The notes beneath the pieces were generated by a model. The model was given only the letters and a program-made list of their open reading frames with translations. It did not search any database and was not told where the DNA came from. This document shows positions 29,817-40,510 of a stretch of 64,000 nucleotides of DNA, in pieces (the first letter of the stretch is position 1; each line of letters begins with the position of its first letter). The stretch covers positions 4,873 through 68,872 of the forward strand of contig CAYUAI010000011.1 of the NCBI GenBank assembly GCA_964442745.1, read 5' to 3'. Position numbers and translations under genes: made by a program. This stretch comes from an uncultured Chromatiales bacterium (GTDB lineage: Bacteria > Pseudomonadota > Gammaproteobacteria > S012-40).

Positions 29817-31110
29817 ATCGCCCTCGCTGACTCACTTGTTGGCTCACACGAACTAAATCCACCACCACCTGAGAGTCATTGGTCTTTGATAAAATATCAC
29901 TGAATTCTGCAGCATTATTGCCAATAACAATCGTCTCTGCATACTCAACGATATCGTTAATGCTATCTACCATTAATCGGGAAATATGAGGAATATGATT
30001 CAAAATATAGTTTTTATTGGCACCAACTAGCTTTGCAATATTGACGTTAAAATCGTAAATACGAATATCAAATCCTTTGCCAATTAAATATTCAATCACC
30101 GCCACCATTGGGCTTTCTCGCAAATCATCGGTACCGGCCTTAAAACTAAAACCTAAGACCCCGACTTTTTTATGCCCTTTATCCATAATAAGATGCAATC
30201 CATGCTCAATTTGTTTCTTATTACTTGGTAAAATAGAATTTAACATCGGCAAATCTAAATCAAGCATACGCCCTTTATAGCTCAATGCACGAATATCTTT
30301 AGGAAGGCAAGAGCCACCAAAAGCAAAGCCTGGCTTCATATAATAGGATGAAATATTCAGCTTGGTATCTTGGCAAAAAATATTCATGACTTGGTGAGCA
30401 TCAATTTTTAGCGATTTACAAATATTACCCATTTCATTCGCAAAGCTAATCTTCAAAGCATGCCACACATTATCGGTATACTTCACCATCTCAGTCACTT
30501 CGATACTTGTTTTAATGAGAGGTCCTGGTAATTTTTGGTAAATTTCCGCCAGAATTTCTCCACTTTTCGCATCCGTCTCACCAATCACCGTTTTAGGTGG
30601 ATGGTAAAAATCATAAACCGCAGAACCTTCTCGTAAAAATTCTGGATTATTACAAGCACCAAAATCAATGCCTGCCTTCTTACCGGAATACTTTTCCAAG
30701 ACAGGTATGACCACATCTCGCATAGTGCCAGGCAGCATAGTGCTGCGTGCAACCACCACATGAAATCCATGGAATGTTTTCAAGGCGGTACCAATTTCCT
30801 TGCAAACATTCCGCACATACTGCAAGTCTAACGCACCGTTGGCTTGACTCGGGGTGCCAACACAAATCATGGATATTTCAGTTTGTTGAATCGCTTCATT
30901 CGCATCCGTCGTTGCCCTCAATTTACCACTAGCAACCGACTGCTGAATAATTTCACCAATCTCATTTTCAATAATAGGTGTTTTCCCTTCATTGATTAGA
31001 TCGACCTTGGTTTGATTCGGATCTACACCTATGACATCGTGCCCTTCTTTCGCAAGGCAAGCAGCTGACACGGCTCCCACATACCCCAAGCCAAATAGAC
31101 TAATTTTCAT
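29797..31110 (-). CDS. ugd: Nucleotide-sugar 6-dehydrogenase (UDP-glucose/GDP-mannose dehydrogenase family)
   Basis: N-terminal Rossmann GLGYVG and the catalytic GFAFGGSCLPKD motif. Confidence 0.85.
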   Translation of the reverse strand: MKISLFGLGYVGAVSAACLAKEGHDVIGVDPNQTKVDLINEGKTPIIENEIGEIIQQSVASGKLRATTDANEAIQQTEISMICVGTPSQANGALDLQYVRNVCKEIGTALKTFHGFHVVVARSTMLPGTMRDVVIPVLEKYSGKKAGIDFGACNNPEFLREGSAVYDFYHPPKTVIGETDAKSGEILAEIYQKLPGPLIKTSIEVTEMVKYTDNVWHALKISFANEMGNICKSLKIDAHQVMNIFCQDTKLNISSYYMKPGFAFGGSCLPKDIRALSYKGRMLDLDLPMLNSILPSNKKQIEHGLHLIMDKGHKKVGVLGFSFKAGTDDLRESPMVAVIEYLIGKGFDIRIYDFNVNIAKLVGANKNYILNHIPHISRLMVDSINDIVEYAETIVIGNNAAEFSDILSKTNDSQVVVDLVRVSQQVSQRGRYDGICW

Positions 31111-31259
31111 TTGAGAATTCCTTTAATCATAAACGATATGTCTATCCCTAATTCTTGCTTTCAACTGGCAATAATCAAATAATTCATGATAGCCAACATC
31201 AACCTACGCATCTAAATGATGCTGATTAAAACAGTCTTTTAAAATTAGCGCCCTTATCA

Positions 31260-33269
31260 TTATGAAGCTTTCCTCGCTGACAAAAATGGCTCGAATTCAA
31301 TTGCCGAAACAAGTTCCGTCTCACCCGAAATTGTGATGTTCTCGACAACCGTGGTCGTCGGCCTCTTATCATCAAAGCGCCTTGATACCCAACCCGATAT
31401 CGGTGAGTGGCTGCCTTTATAGATATTGATATCATTTTCATGATTCACTGAAAGGCGTATTATTATGCGCCGCCCCTGATTTGAAGCAAGTACCTCGGTA
31501 TTCTTTATTGAGACCTCACAAGCTTCTGAAAAATGCCAAAAACGCTCAATGGAATGAGAACCTCGACACAGCAAACGATCAACAATAGCTAAATGCCGCG
31601 ATTGCCGATGGAACGTGACCTGACGCTCATGAGTCACCGAATCCGGCAATTGGTGATAACCATCATGACACGCAGTAATCATCTGTCCGGTTTCATCATC
31701 TATCCATTCCCGACAATAAGCATGCGCTTTGCGTAACCACATGAAGTTACCGCCCGGCTCGGACTGATCTTTTCCATCTACTCGGATAGTATTATGAGCA
31801 GAAGTCCCACGAAAATAATCACGCCACACCTTTTTGGTATGATAGGCATAAGTCCCTGGGTCAATCAGAAACTCTTTCCCAAAAGCAAATAAGTTTAATG
31901 AGAGTGCATCGGCATGGCCATGCGCTGCAATCGATAGATAACCTAATGGACCGCAATCCACCACACAACGAATTTCATTCTCGGTATCAAAATCTGTCCC
32001 TAATAGATAATAGCCCCCTTCGTTAAAAAAACGTCGTGGCGTCAATGTTGCCGCTTTCGTCATCTTGTCTGGAAATTTCGCCACCACATTCCCCATCAAC
32101 CAACATGTTTTATCATCAATCGCTTTCGCTTTGTGAAAAAAATCAGGACGATTAAACAGATGGGCACCCGTCGTAAGCAACGACCGATAAGGACAAAAAT
32201 TAGCTTGTGGCGCTAAAGTAACGACATAACCATCATCCGCGTCCCCCAACATCGGTAAATGACCACCCACATCCATCATTGAAGCAATAAACTCCAGCAT
32301 ACACTCAATACGCTGCCAATAACGTGATGAAAAATCCGTATTGTCTGCCTTGCCCGCGAGACCAGCCAGAATGAGAAAATCCAAAACAAATTGCTGGTAA
32401 GAAATCGCTTGCTCTAAATTCACGCCATCCGTTGCATTTTGTTTAACAGCTTCCGCTTCTAAAATATCATATGCATACGACTTCCAAAACTTACAGTCAT
32501 GCCAATAAGGCCAGGTTATCGCCGCAATAAATAACCCAGAGGCTTCGCCAATCAAGTGATTATTTGCTGATGAATAACGTGACATATGGCCGCGAATAAA
32601 ATGACAATGTTGATATATCGACTTGCGCCATTTATCGAGTAACTGTTGCCCCTCGGTATCGTGAAAAAGTAAACTCTGACGACCACCAACCAGCTGCCAA
32701 ACAATCGACCAATTAATCAGCCGAATAGCCAGTTCTAAAGAGCTAGTCCAGTTCGGCCCCATCAGATAAGGGCATTGTTCAAACCATGAGTTCAACTGAT
32801 TCGCTAACCCGACCAAATATCGACGATCTCGGGAAAGTGCATACGCTTGAGCAATCCCCACCAACTGAAGATGGCGATTAGGTTCCCACAAATACTTAAT
32901 GTCCCCAACCAGCTTGGCATCCCGATAATTCAGTGATTTCCCAAACACTAGCGGGGCAAAGATACCGGTACGTGGATCACGATTCCATTGGGGTATGTCA
33001 CCAAGCTCAGCATCCTCAAGCGAAAAAACCCTCATTTGGCCTACTAACAACTGATCAGCTAAGCGAATATAGTCGAGTGGTGCCACGGCAGCTTTAGTGG
33101 TTAACCACCGCACACTTTGCTTGCTCTCATCTGGGATTGGTATTTTTTTCACGGTGACCAAACCATATCGTTGAACCACGCTATACCCTATTTGCTGAAA
33201 CCGATAACCAATCTCAAGCAACGACATACATCGAAACCTGTTCACAAACCACGTTATTTTTTTAACCAT
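31260..33269 (-). CDS. Heparinase II/III-like (polysaccharide lyase-like) family protein
   Basis: Size and internal conservation resemble the heparinase II/III-like proteins commonly found in EPS/O-antigen loci. The start is chosen at the internal Met (MVKKITWF); the ORF track extends to 33308. Confidence 0.6.
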   Translation of the reverse strand: MVKKITWFVNRFRCMSLLEIGYRFQQIGYSVVQRYGLVTVKKIPIPDESKQSVRWLTTKAAVAPLDYIRLADQLLVGQMRVFSLEDAELGDIPQWNRDPRTGIFAPLVFGKSLNYRDAKLVGDIKYLWEPNRHLQLVGIAQAYALSRDRRYLVGLANQLNSWFEQCPYLMGPNWTSSLELAIRLINWSIVWQLVGGRQSLLFHDTEGQQLLDKWRKSIYQHCHFIRGHMSRYSSANNHLIGEASGLFIAAITWPYWHDCKFWKSYAYDILEAEAVKQNATDGVNLEQAISYQQFVLDFLILAGLAGKADNTDFSSRYWQRIECMLEFIASMMDVGGHLPMLGDADDGYVVTLAPQANFCPYRSLLTTGAHLFNRPDFFHKAKAIDDKTCWLMGNVVAKFPDKMTKAATLTPRRFFNEGGYYLLGTDFDTENEIRCVVDCGPLGYLSIAAHGHADALSLNLFAFGKEFLIDPGTYAYHTKKVWRDYFRGTSAHNTIRVDGKDQSEPGGNFMWLRKAHAYCREWIDDETGQMITACHDGYHQLPDSVTHERQVTFHRQSRHLAIVDRLLCRGSHSIERFWHFSEACEVSIKNTEVLASNQGRRIIIRLSVNHENDINIYKGSHSPISGWVSRRFDDKRPTTTVVENITISGETELVSAIEFEPFLSARKAS

Positions 33270-33729
33270 TCTATTACTAACAACTGAACAATTACCCGGT
33301 AAGCACATTTATCAATATGACAGCGATAAATTAGCAACTACAAAACCCCTCTAAATGCATGCCATGCTTGAATCGTCCTTTATCGAATAAATATTATTGA
33401 CGATAATGCACAAAATAAAAGCATTAAGATGGTTTTATGATTAAACTATTTTGTTATGCTGAGAAAGAAGCTAAAGAAGTTAAAGCAATCATTATATGCA
33501 CATGATCAGCCTTCGAGGTAACATCAGACGATACATCTTCACATCGCATGATATTCTAATGTTTATTTCTATGCTAGTAAAATGAATAAATTTTTTTATA
33601 GTTAGTTAGTCAACGAGAATATTATTTTAGTTTTTGATCGCGAATGACAAAGATTACCTCTATCATTCTATTCATGCAAGTCATTTTTTATTTTTCACCA
33701 GCGATAGCTCTCCATTCTCGAACAGCCAC

Positions 33730-34773
33730 CTAGCTACGTGACATCAAACGGCTTACCCGTCGAGCGAGATAAGGTAACACGGGGCCTGTGTTCTGTTTAT
33801 TCGCCAATAATGCGTGACGCATGGAAAATGGCATCGACAACAGTAAACCAATCAATTTTGCAGAATTAATTTTTGACTTTGCGACTTGATAACCCCACTG
33901 TTGCATTTCAGGTTTGGCAATTTTTTGCGCTAGCCAGACTTCTTCTGGGGAAAGTCGGTGTACCCATTTCCCCACCGATGAAGTATACACTCCGCTTTGG
34001 TTCTTTTTATCGGAACTGTTACTAAAATCAATATTTAACATATCTGGTTGGTATTTTTCATTGATCATAGCACATACATCTTTGACAGTGGATTCCGTTT
34101 CAGTCACTAATTTTTCATAAGGAATCAACAGGATATTATCCTTAGACACCTTTGATTGAATCAATGCTACTGTCCGCATACTTGCTTTCCATAACAACGA
34201 AGTCACTATCGGATGATATAATTTTTTTATTCTCTGCTCCTGCTCACGAGCCGTCGCCTTCCATTTATTTTTATATGAATCCAGAAAATCTCGAATATCT
34301 CGCGCACAAACAATGATCTTCGCATCCGGGTAAAACGTGAGAATCTCATCAATATAAAAAATATCTTTCGGCGCATTATTGCCCCAACGTCGCTTCCCCT
34401 CAGACAACATTTGCAATTGCATAAACTTGGAAAATATTTCCTGATATGTATGACAAGCATCCGTGAGTTGCTCGACTAAAGCCGCCTGATCGATCATTTT
34501 ATCGATGCGCAACTGATCATCCGGTTCATTATATCGACGATAAATGCTTAACAAGCGTTCAATTATACGCTGACGCGCAACGCGATCACTCGCAAGATCT
34601 CCATATTGGTTTCGCTTTGCATAGATATCGAAAAAAAAATGGGTTTCACCCGGCATAAAAATATTAGGATGTTGACCAAGAATCCTGGCAACTAATGTGG
34701 TTCCCGATCGCGGTGTTCCAACAATAAATACCGGCGCTATCATTGCTGTGTCCATATTATAACTGTCCTCCAT
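33730..34773 (-). CDS. Sulfotransferase-family protein (PAPS-dependent)
   Basis: 5'-PSB-like P-loop GTPRSGTT and a 3'-PB-like RD..D..S (ARDIRDFLDS). Confidence 0.7.
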   Translation of the reverse strand: MEDSYNMDTAMIAPVFIVGTPRSGTTLVARILGQHPNIFMPGETHFFFDIYAKRNQYGDLASDRVARQRIIERLLSIYRRYNEPDDQLRIDKMIDQAALVEQLTDACHTYQEIFSKFMQLQMLSEGKRRWGNNAPKDIFYIDEILTFYPDAKIIVCARDIRDFLDSYKNKWKATAREQEQRIKKLYHPIVTSLLWKASMRTVALIQSKVSKDNILLIPYEKLVTETESTVKDVCAMINEKYQPDMLNIDFSNSSDKKNQSGVYTSSVGKWVHRLSPEEVWLAQKIAKPEMQQWGYQVAKSKINSAKLIGLLLSMPFSMRHALLANKQNTGPVLPYLARRVSRLMSRS

Positions 34774-35968
34774 TAATCACGGCCATATATATAGCCTCCA
34801 TTTCCTTAGTCATCACCTGTGCTTCATAATTTCCCCAAGCCTGACATCGGTTGATTTGTGAAATTTGTGACATACGCCCACGATCTTTTAACAAAAAGCA
34901 TATTGCTTGTTCAACCGTCTGTGAGGTTACCTGATTTAATAACACACCATTTTCACCGTCGCGAAAAAAATCTCCTATCCCGCCGGCGGTCGTTGTCACC
35001 ACTGGCAGTCCTGCGGCCATTGCTTCCAGTAATACCACGGGACATCCTTCACCGTAATAGGTCGGAAAGACGAAAATATCTGCCTCCATGAACACTTGTA
35101 CTTTGTCTTTATCGCGTAAATAACCGGTAAAAATTACCGACGAAATTAGATGATTTTCTTTAACCCAGGTCTTCATCGCATTCAATTCTGGCCCATCTCC
35201 TACCATCAGCAAACGTGCTTGAGTATCATATTTTTTTAATTCTAAAAAGGCATCAAACAATTCATAGATGCCTTTTTCTCGCACAAAACGTGACATAAAA
35301 AGAAGCGTTGCTCCCCGCTTGTTCGTTTGCTGTCTAGCATCACTGAATAATTTTCCATCAAACATGGTCGTTGTCACTTTAATCTTGTCTGCATTTATGC
35401 CTATTTTTACCAATCCCTGTTTAAACTGATTCGCCAATACTAAAAAACCGACCGCTCGACCAAAAACATGGTTAAAAATGAATTTATATAGTCGATAAGT
35501 CGCGATTTTTTCTGCTAGGCGAATATTCCAGCCATGAATAAATATCAGTATCCGCGCACGAGAGAATAAAGAAACAACGAGTATATATAGGCCATCTCTG
35601 AGCAGTGATCGCATATTAAGCGACGGATTGATGTGTACCATTTCTATATTATCATTATGCAATTTTCTAATTAAACGAAAGCTCTTAATAAATGGACTGA
35701 AAAAATCGAAGAGACTGAGCTTTGCTCCGAATTCCCGCCCGATAAAAAAATAGGAATAATACTCGGGTTGAGTGAATGTTCGTGATAAAGTTTCAAGATA
35801 GTTAACAACGCCCCCTTGATAACGAAAATCTCTTGATATAATAATAATCCGCTGGTTTAGCGATGCATTGTGGTTCATATCGATTTTTGATTTTGAGTGA
35901 TGTTTGCTTGATTCAAATGCAAGCAGCTTGTTGGTATTGGCGAGTTTTATTGCACCTAACCCATTCAA
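34757..35968 (-). CDS. Glycosyltransferase family 4
   Basis: GT4 C-terminal domain (EGCPVVLLEAMAAGLPVV). Confidence 0.75.
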   Translation of the reverse strand: MNGLGAIKLANTNKLLAFESSKHHSKSKIDMNHNASLNQRIIIISRDFRYQGGVVNYLETLSRTFTQPEYYSYFFIGREFGAKLSLFDFFSPFIKSFRLIRKLHNDNIEMVHINPSLNMRSLLRDGLYILVVSLFSRARILIFIHGWNIRLAEKIATYRLYKFIFNHVFGRAVGFLVLANQFKQGLVKIGINADKIKVTTTMFDGKLFSDARQQTNKRGATLLFMSRFVREKGIYELFDAFLELKKYDTQARLLMVGDGPELNAMKTWVKENHLISSVIFTGYLRDKDKVQVFMEADIFVFPTYYGEGCPVVLLEAMAAGLPVVTTTAGGIGDFFRDGENGVLLNQVTSQTVEQAICFLLKDRGRMSQISQINRCQAWGNYEAQVMTKEMEAIYMAVINGGQL

Positions 35969-36057
35969 TATGGTATGACTTAATGAAATTTTTATTCTAT
36001 GAATAGACTATCACAGCATTGCCGATCCGTACACGTTTAGATATACTCATTCCTGCT

Positions 36058-36193
36058 GGGTAAGTTTAAATTGATTTCAGAGAACAATAGATGGGTAACG
36101 TGGATTAAGCGTAGCGAATCCACGCTACCTGGAGAAAAGATGAGGTAGCGGTATTTTTTAATGATTTTTCCTGAAATCAGTTTAAACTTACCC
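36058..36193. mobile_element. MITE-like element (family 1, copy C, 136 bp) in the intergenic space between two glycosyltransferase genes
   Basis: Perfect TIRs GGGTAAGTTTAAATTGATTTCAG / CTGAAATCAGTTTAAACTTACCC. Central 13-bp-stem hairpin GGTAACGTGGATT..AATCCACGCTACC. No ORF. Confidence 0.55.
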
Positions 36194-36323
36194 TGACGGA
36201 CGTAGGTGTTGATCGTGCGGCAATCTTTGCTCTCTGCGAAACGCGACAACGGCATGGAGGTAGGAGATAGAGCAACTCAGGAGACAACGTCGAGACACGA
36301 ACACCGCCGCTTTAAATGATTCA

Positions 36324-37499
36324 CTACGGGTCTGCCATCACTTGCATTATCCGCTTGGCATTATCCAGTGAAAAATATTGGGACGCCAGCGCTTGAGAAT
36401 TATTAGCCATATCTTCGATGCGCTCACCATTCGCGATCAAGTCAATCATCTCTGCAAGTAAGCCTTCATAGCTATTCACACAGATGCCATACTTCCCTGT
36501 CTGTAACAAATCATCGACGTCCACCCCCAGGCTAATCACAGGTACTTTTCTCATCCAGGCTTGAATAAACGTATTAGGGAATCCTTCAGCAATACTGGTG
36601 TTCACAAATAAATGTGCACCACTGAGGATACGATTGACTTCCGCTAATGACTGCTCACCATGATAATATAGATTGTTCATTTTCGATATTTTATCCAGCA
36701 ACGCTCCATATTGCCTTGGGTTTCCCGGCCGACCGATCATTTCTAGTTTAACGTCGTCCATATACGCCAAATCCTCCGCCAGCTTAACAAAAATTTCTGG
36801 TCGTTTCATTGGTTTAAAATTTCCGATCCATACGATTTTCATGCCCTTTGCTTTAGCAGGCGACTCCGTCGGTTTCGGTTGGAAATTGTGTATCACTGCA
36901 TCAGCCTGGCGACCATAATGTTTCTGTAGAAAATCGTTTTGACGCTGTGTCTGAGCAATAATTTTATGGGTACCTTTGATACCATATTGCCCAATTTTTT
37001 GATCAATTAGTTTGTTGACAATATTTTTTCTCAATGAGGGTATAAATGGCTGCACATCATCATCATGAGCAATATGCCATATCATTGTTTTATGATATTT
37101 TTTGGCGTAATAGGCAGTGATCCCTGTATAAGCATTCAACACTCGTTGATAAAGAATATCTGGGTTGATTTTTTTTAACACACGATAAAGATCAAACGCG
37201 TCTAAATACAGAGGAAATTTTTTTGAATTTCTGCCACCACCTACCGGGATAATGTGATATCCATCGGGAATATATCTTGTGTCCACATCACGCGATAAAT
37301 AATAGATTTCATAATCATTAGTCAATATGAGTTCATCAATAATACATTTTGCTTGATACTGGGCACCACCAAATGTTGCCGCCCAATGAGAACTGACCAC
37401 CACACAAAGTTTTTTCTTTTTATGATCCATAAAACTGTCAATCCAACGTCCTTTGATTTGAACCCCTACGGTAATACCCCGAGCAATTGGCAACCACAA
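36324..37499 (-). CDS. Glycosyltransferase (GT4-like)
   Basis: GT-B C-terminal domain (EGFPNTFIQAWMRKVPVI). Confidence 0.7.
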   Translation of the reverse strand: MWLPIARGITVGVQIKGRWIDSFMDHKKKKLCVVVSSHWAATFGGAQYQAKCIIDELILTNDYEIYYLSRDVDTRYIPDGYHIIPVGGGRNSKKFPLYLDAFDLYRVLKKINPDILYQRVLNAYTGITAYYAKKYHKTMIWHIAHDDDVQPFIPSLRKNIVNKLIDQKIGQYGIKGTHKIIAQTQRQNDFLQKHYGRQADAVIHNFQPKPTESPAKAKGMKIVWIGNFKPMKRPEIFVKLAEDLAYMDDVKLEMIGRPGNPRQYGALLDKISKMNNLYYHGEQSLAEVNRILSGAHLFVNTSIAEGFPNTFIQAWMRKVPVISLGVDVDDLLQTGKYGICVNSYEGLLAEMIDLIANGERIEDMANNSQALASQYFSLDNAKRIMQVMADP

Positions 37500-39181
37500 C
37501 CGTAATCACGATAGCCTTCTGTTGCATGAAGTAATTGACTCTGACTTTCTAAAAACCGAACACCAGAATCGATAAAGCGGCCATTATTTTTAAGGTTAAA
37601 GACTTGTTTAAAGTCATCGAGCTTATAGGCACCCGCTCGTTTCACAAAAAATTCTTTACCACTCGCACTGGCCACCCACCAGATATTATCATCAAAAACA
37701 GCGCCTGTTTCTGCTGATTTTCGTCCTTTAAGGAAACGTAACAATCGCACCTCTTTGCCATGCACTTGAGAGATAATAATATTTTTTCTAAAAAGTACTT
37801 GCTTAGACCTTTCTTGTATGTCAATCACCGAACCGCGCCCTGATTCCCCTTGAATAACCGTATTGTTTTCAAGAACCACCTCATTGGCATCGCGTATCAC
37901 GATTTGATGGTATTTACCATTAGCAAAAAGACTATTGCGAACCACTACGGCCATTGATCTACCCACAACCAATCCGCCCACATAACCATCATTTATGCTC
38001 GCATGTCCTTCAATACGCACATTCCTTGCTCCATGACCAATCGATATTCCTGAATCATGATTGTTAAAGGTTAAGTTATTTCGAGCAACGATCTGGCGAC
38101 CTGACACAATATCAATACCTTGTTCTTGGCAAGCAGAAATGACATTACCTTCAATCAAATGATTACGCCCAATGGAATTACCCTGCTGATCGTCATGCAA
38201 AGTAATACCATCATTGGTCGCTACATACTGAATACTGCAGGCTTTAATTATGGTATTTTTAACGGGATGATCACCACCGCCACTAATTATTATCCCATTG
38301 TTCATAATATCACTGATATTACAGAACTTAATGGCAATATCTGATCCACCTCGCGCAACGGAAATCCCATTATTCCCAGCATACCGCACCGTCACTCGTG
38401 ACACCGAGATATTTTGTGAGTCATTCACAATACTGATGGCGTTATTTCCAGTAAACATCGCCGTGATATTTTTTAACTTAAGATTTCGTACCGCAACGAT
38501 GCCTACCGCTTGTTTTCTCACAAGCCCTTCGATATGGCTATTCGATAACGTCTCCCCCGCCATTGGTCGGTATTTAATATGACGTTTCGATTTATCATAA
38601 TGCCATTGGCCGGGTAACAATTTTTGTTCTCCCGTCACCTGATCACGCTCAATTAATGAAAAAACCCCATTTTCTTTCCATTGCTTCACATGGGATAACC
38701 ACAATCCCGACGGTTTCATTATATTAAAGATCCAATGCTTTCCGCTGACGACCCAACGCTGCCCACCGCCGGCAGTCAAATCAGTCCAATCATCCAGACC
38801 CACAAGAACAGGATCTGAATTTCCTGGCTCACCGCTAATTTCAATGGTCTTCAACGCATTGCCAAGACCATGAAGATAAAGCGGCTCTCGATAAGGATGC
38901 ATTGGCCCATGAGAAACAATGATTAAATGATCACCCGCGACCAATTGTTTTACTGCATAATTCAAACTTTTCCATGGAGCTGAGCGAACACCACTGCTTT
39001 TATTATCACCCTGAATATTGTCGACATAGTAGGCTGCATGGCCATGTGAAGCGTAAGGCTTGCCGTATAAAATGATGACAACGAAAAATAGTCTTACACC
39101 CATACGATAGGAACTCCGGCCTAACAGAGAAAAAATTTTTAAAAAATGCAGAAAATTAATACGAATAGTTGGCACCAACAA
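37466..39181 (-). CDS. Right-handed parallel beta-helix repeat protein (pectate-lyase/NosD-like fold; possible EPS-modifying lyase or epimerase)
   Basis: Many repeated G-I/V-x-x-x-x-N beta-helix rungs (NNGIIISGGG, NDGITLHDD, NHDSGISIGHG...). N-terminal signal peptide. Confidence 0.6.
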   Translation of the reverse strand: MLVPTIRINFLHFLKIFSLLGRSSYRMGVRLFFVVIILYGKPYASHGHAAYYVDNIQGDNKSSGVRSAPWKSLNYAVKQLVAGDHLIIVSHGPMHPYREPLYLHGLGNALKTIEISGEPGNSDPVLVGLDDWTDLTAGGGQRWVVSGKHWIFNIMKPSGLWLSHVKQWKENGVFSLIERDQVTGEQKLLPGQWHYDKSKRHIKYRPMAGETLSNSHIEGLVRKQAVGIVAVRNLKLKNITAMFTGNNAISIVNDSQNISVSRVTVRYAGNNGISVARGGSDIAIKFCNISDIMNNGIIISGGGDHPVKNTIIKACSIQYVATNDGITLHDDQQGNSIGRNHLIEGNVISACQEQGIDIVSGRQIVARNNLTFNNHDSGISIGHGARNVRIEGHASINDGYVGGLVVGRSMAVVVRNSLFANGKYHQIVIRDANEVVLENNTVIQGESGRGSVIDIQERSKQVLFRKNIIISQVHGKEVRLLRFLKGRKSAETGAVFDDNIWWVASASGKEFFVKRAGAYKLDDFKQVFNLKNNGRFIDSGVRFLESQSQLLHATEGYRDYGCGCQLLGVLP

Positions 39182-39210
39182 CCGAATGAGAAGTTTCCGT
39201 GGTATAAAAA

Positions 39211-40503
39211 TTATGGCTTATCCTCATTGAATTTTCGCTGCATTCGATAATGTGAGGCAACAATGTAACCCGACCAATACCAAAATAAATAACCAGACAC
39301 ATTCGGACCCAAAACCTGCTTATAAAACATACCAATGATAAAGATCACGACCACCACAGACCAAGCCAGCGCTAGCGCACCAATCATGTTTTTATGTTGA
39401 CTTAAAGCATACGCATCTTTAAACACTAACCCGAAAAAAATAAAGTATAAGCACACTCCAAGCAACCCAATTTCCCATAAAAATAGCGTTACATTAGTCC
39501 CATCGATCCCATATTTCGCATACTCTGCGGCATATTCGCCAGAGGCGCCACTCAAAAAAGATCCAGAAACATTTCCCACGCCTAAGCCAAACAATAACTT
39601 AATGAAGTCTTGAGATAGAATCTGCATGGCAAACATCAACGTATCAATGCGACCGAGTTTATCCATATCTCCTCCTATCTCTGCACCTCTGTACAGATAG
39701 CCTTCCATCCGACCTTCCATGGTAAGAAAATCCATCAAACCATAACCCCAGCGCGGTGTCATAAAATGGTCATAAACTATCACAAATATCGACATAACAG
39801 TTACGCCAACCGCTAAACCAGCGAGCAAGCGCTTAACATTTCCCTTGCTTTCCTTATATAGAATAAATGGCGCAATCAGCGCTATCGGCAATATCACCAA
39901 CGAGGCTTTGGTTTCTCCTACCGTGATCGGAACAAACAGTAAAATAACTAAGAGTATTGTGGCAAGGCGGCTTAACTTTCCATATAAATAACAAGCAATC
40001 ACCACCGCAATGGCACATGATAGTATAATCGCTAGTTGTCCCGAATTACCCAGCATTCCCTTCATCGGATCACCAGATAAAACACCCTTGTACTGCACGA
40101 ATCGTTGATAGAGCACCAAAGGTACTTGCATTAAAATTAAAAATAATAAAAATTTTAACTGACTCTGAATCTGCTCATGACTAAATGCATAAGCGGCTGG
40201 CAACAAAAAAAATGGAATAAATTTCAAATACGTGCGAAGACCAGCCACCAGCGGACCTTCAGGAATCGCATTAAGTACCACACCGATAAAAACAAGCAGG
40301 AGATAGGCCGTTAAAAACAAAACATACTTGGGATGGATTGCAGGCGATTTGTCAACAGCAAATAAAGCCACCACCATCACCAGCACCATCAATGACAAAA
40401 TTTCAGGAAGCCAGGTCACATAGTGACTCAATATCCCCATTTGATTCGATAAATAATCAAACAAAAATATCGACAAAAATAGCAAATAAATAACTCGATT
40501 CAC
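39211..40503 (-). CDS. O-antigen ligase/Wzy-like polysaccharide polymerase-family membrane protein
   Basis: About 10-12 TM helices with a large periplasmic loop. In the position typical of an EPS polymerase. Confidence 0.6.
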   Translation of the reverse strand: MNRVIYLLFLSIFLFDYLSNQMGILSHYVTWLPEILSLMVLVMVVALFAVDKSPAIHPKYVLFLTAYLLLVFIGVVLNAIPEGPLVAGLRTYLKFIPFFLLPAAYAFSHEQIQSQLKFLLFLILMQVPLVLYQRFVQYKGVLSGDPMKGMLGNSGQLAIILSCAIAVVIACYLYGKLSRLATILLVILLFVPITVGETKASLVILPIALIAPFILYKESKGNVKRLLAGLAVGVTVMSIFVIVYDHFMTPRWGYGLMDFLTMEGRMEGYLYRGAEIGGDMDKLGRIDTLMFAMQILSQDFIKLLFGLGVGNVSGSFLSGASGEYAAEYAKYGIDGTNVTLFLWEIGLLGVCLYFIFFGLVFKDAYALSQHKNMIGALALAWSVVVVIFIIGMFYKQVLGPNVSGYLFWYWSGYIVASHYRMQRKFNEDKP

Positions 40504-40510
40504 ACCCGTT

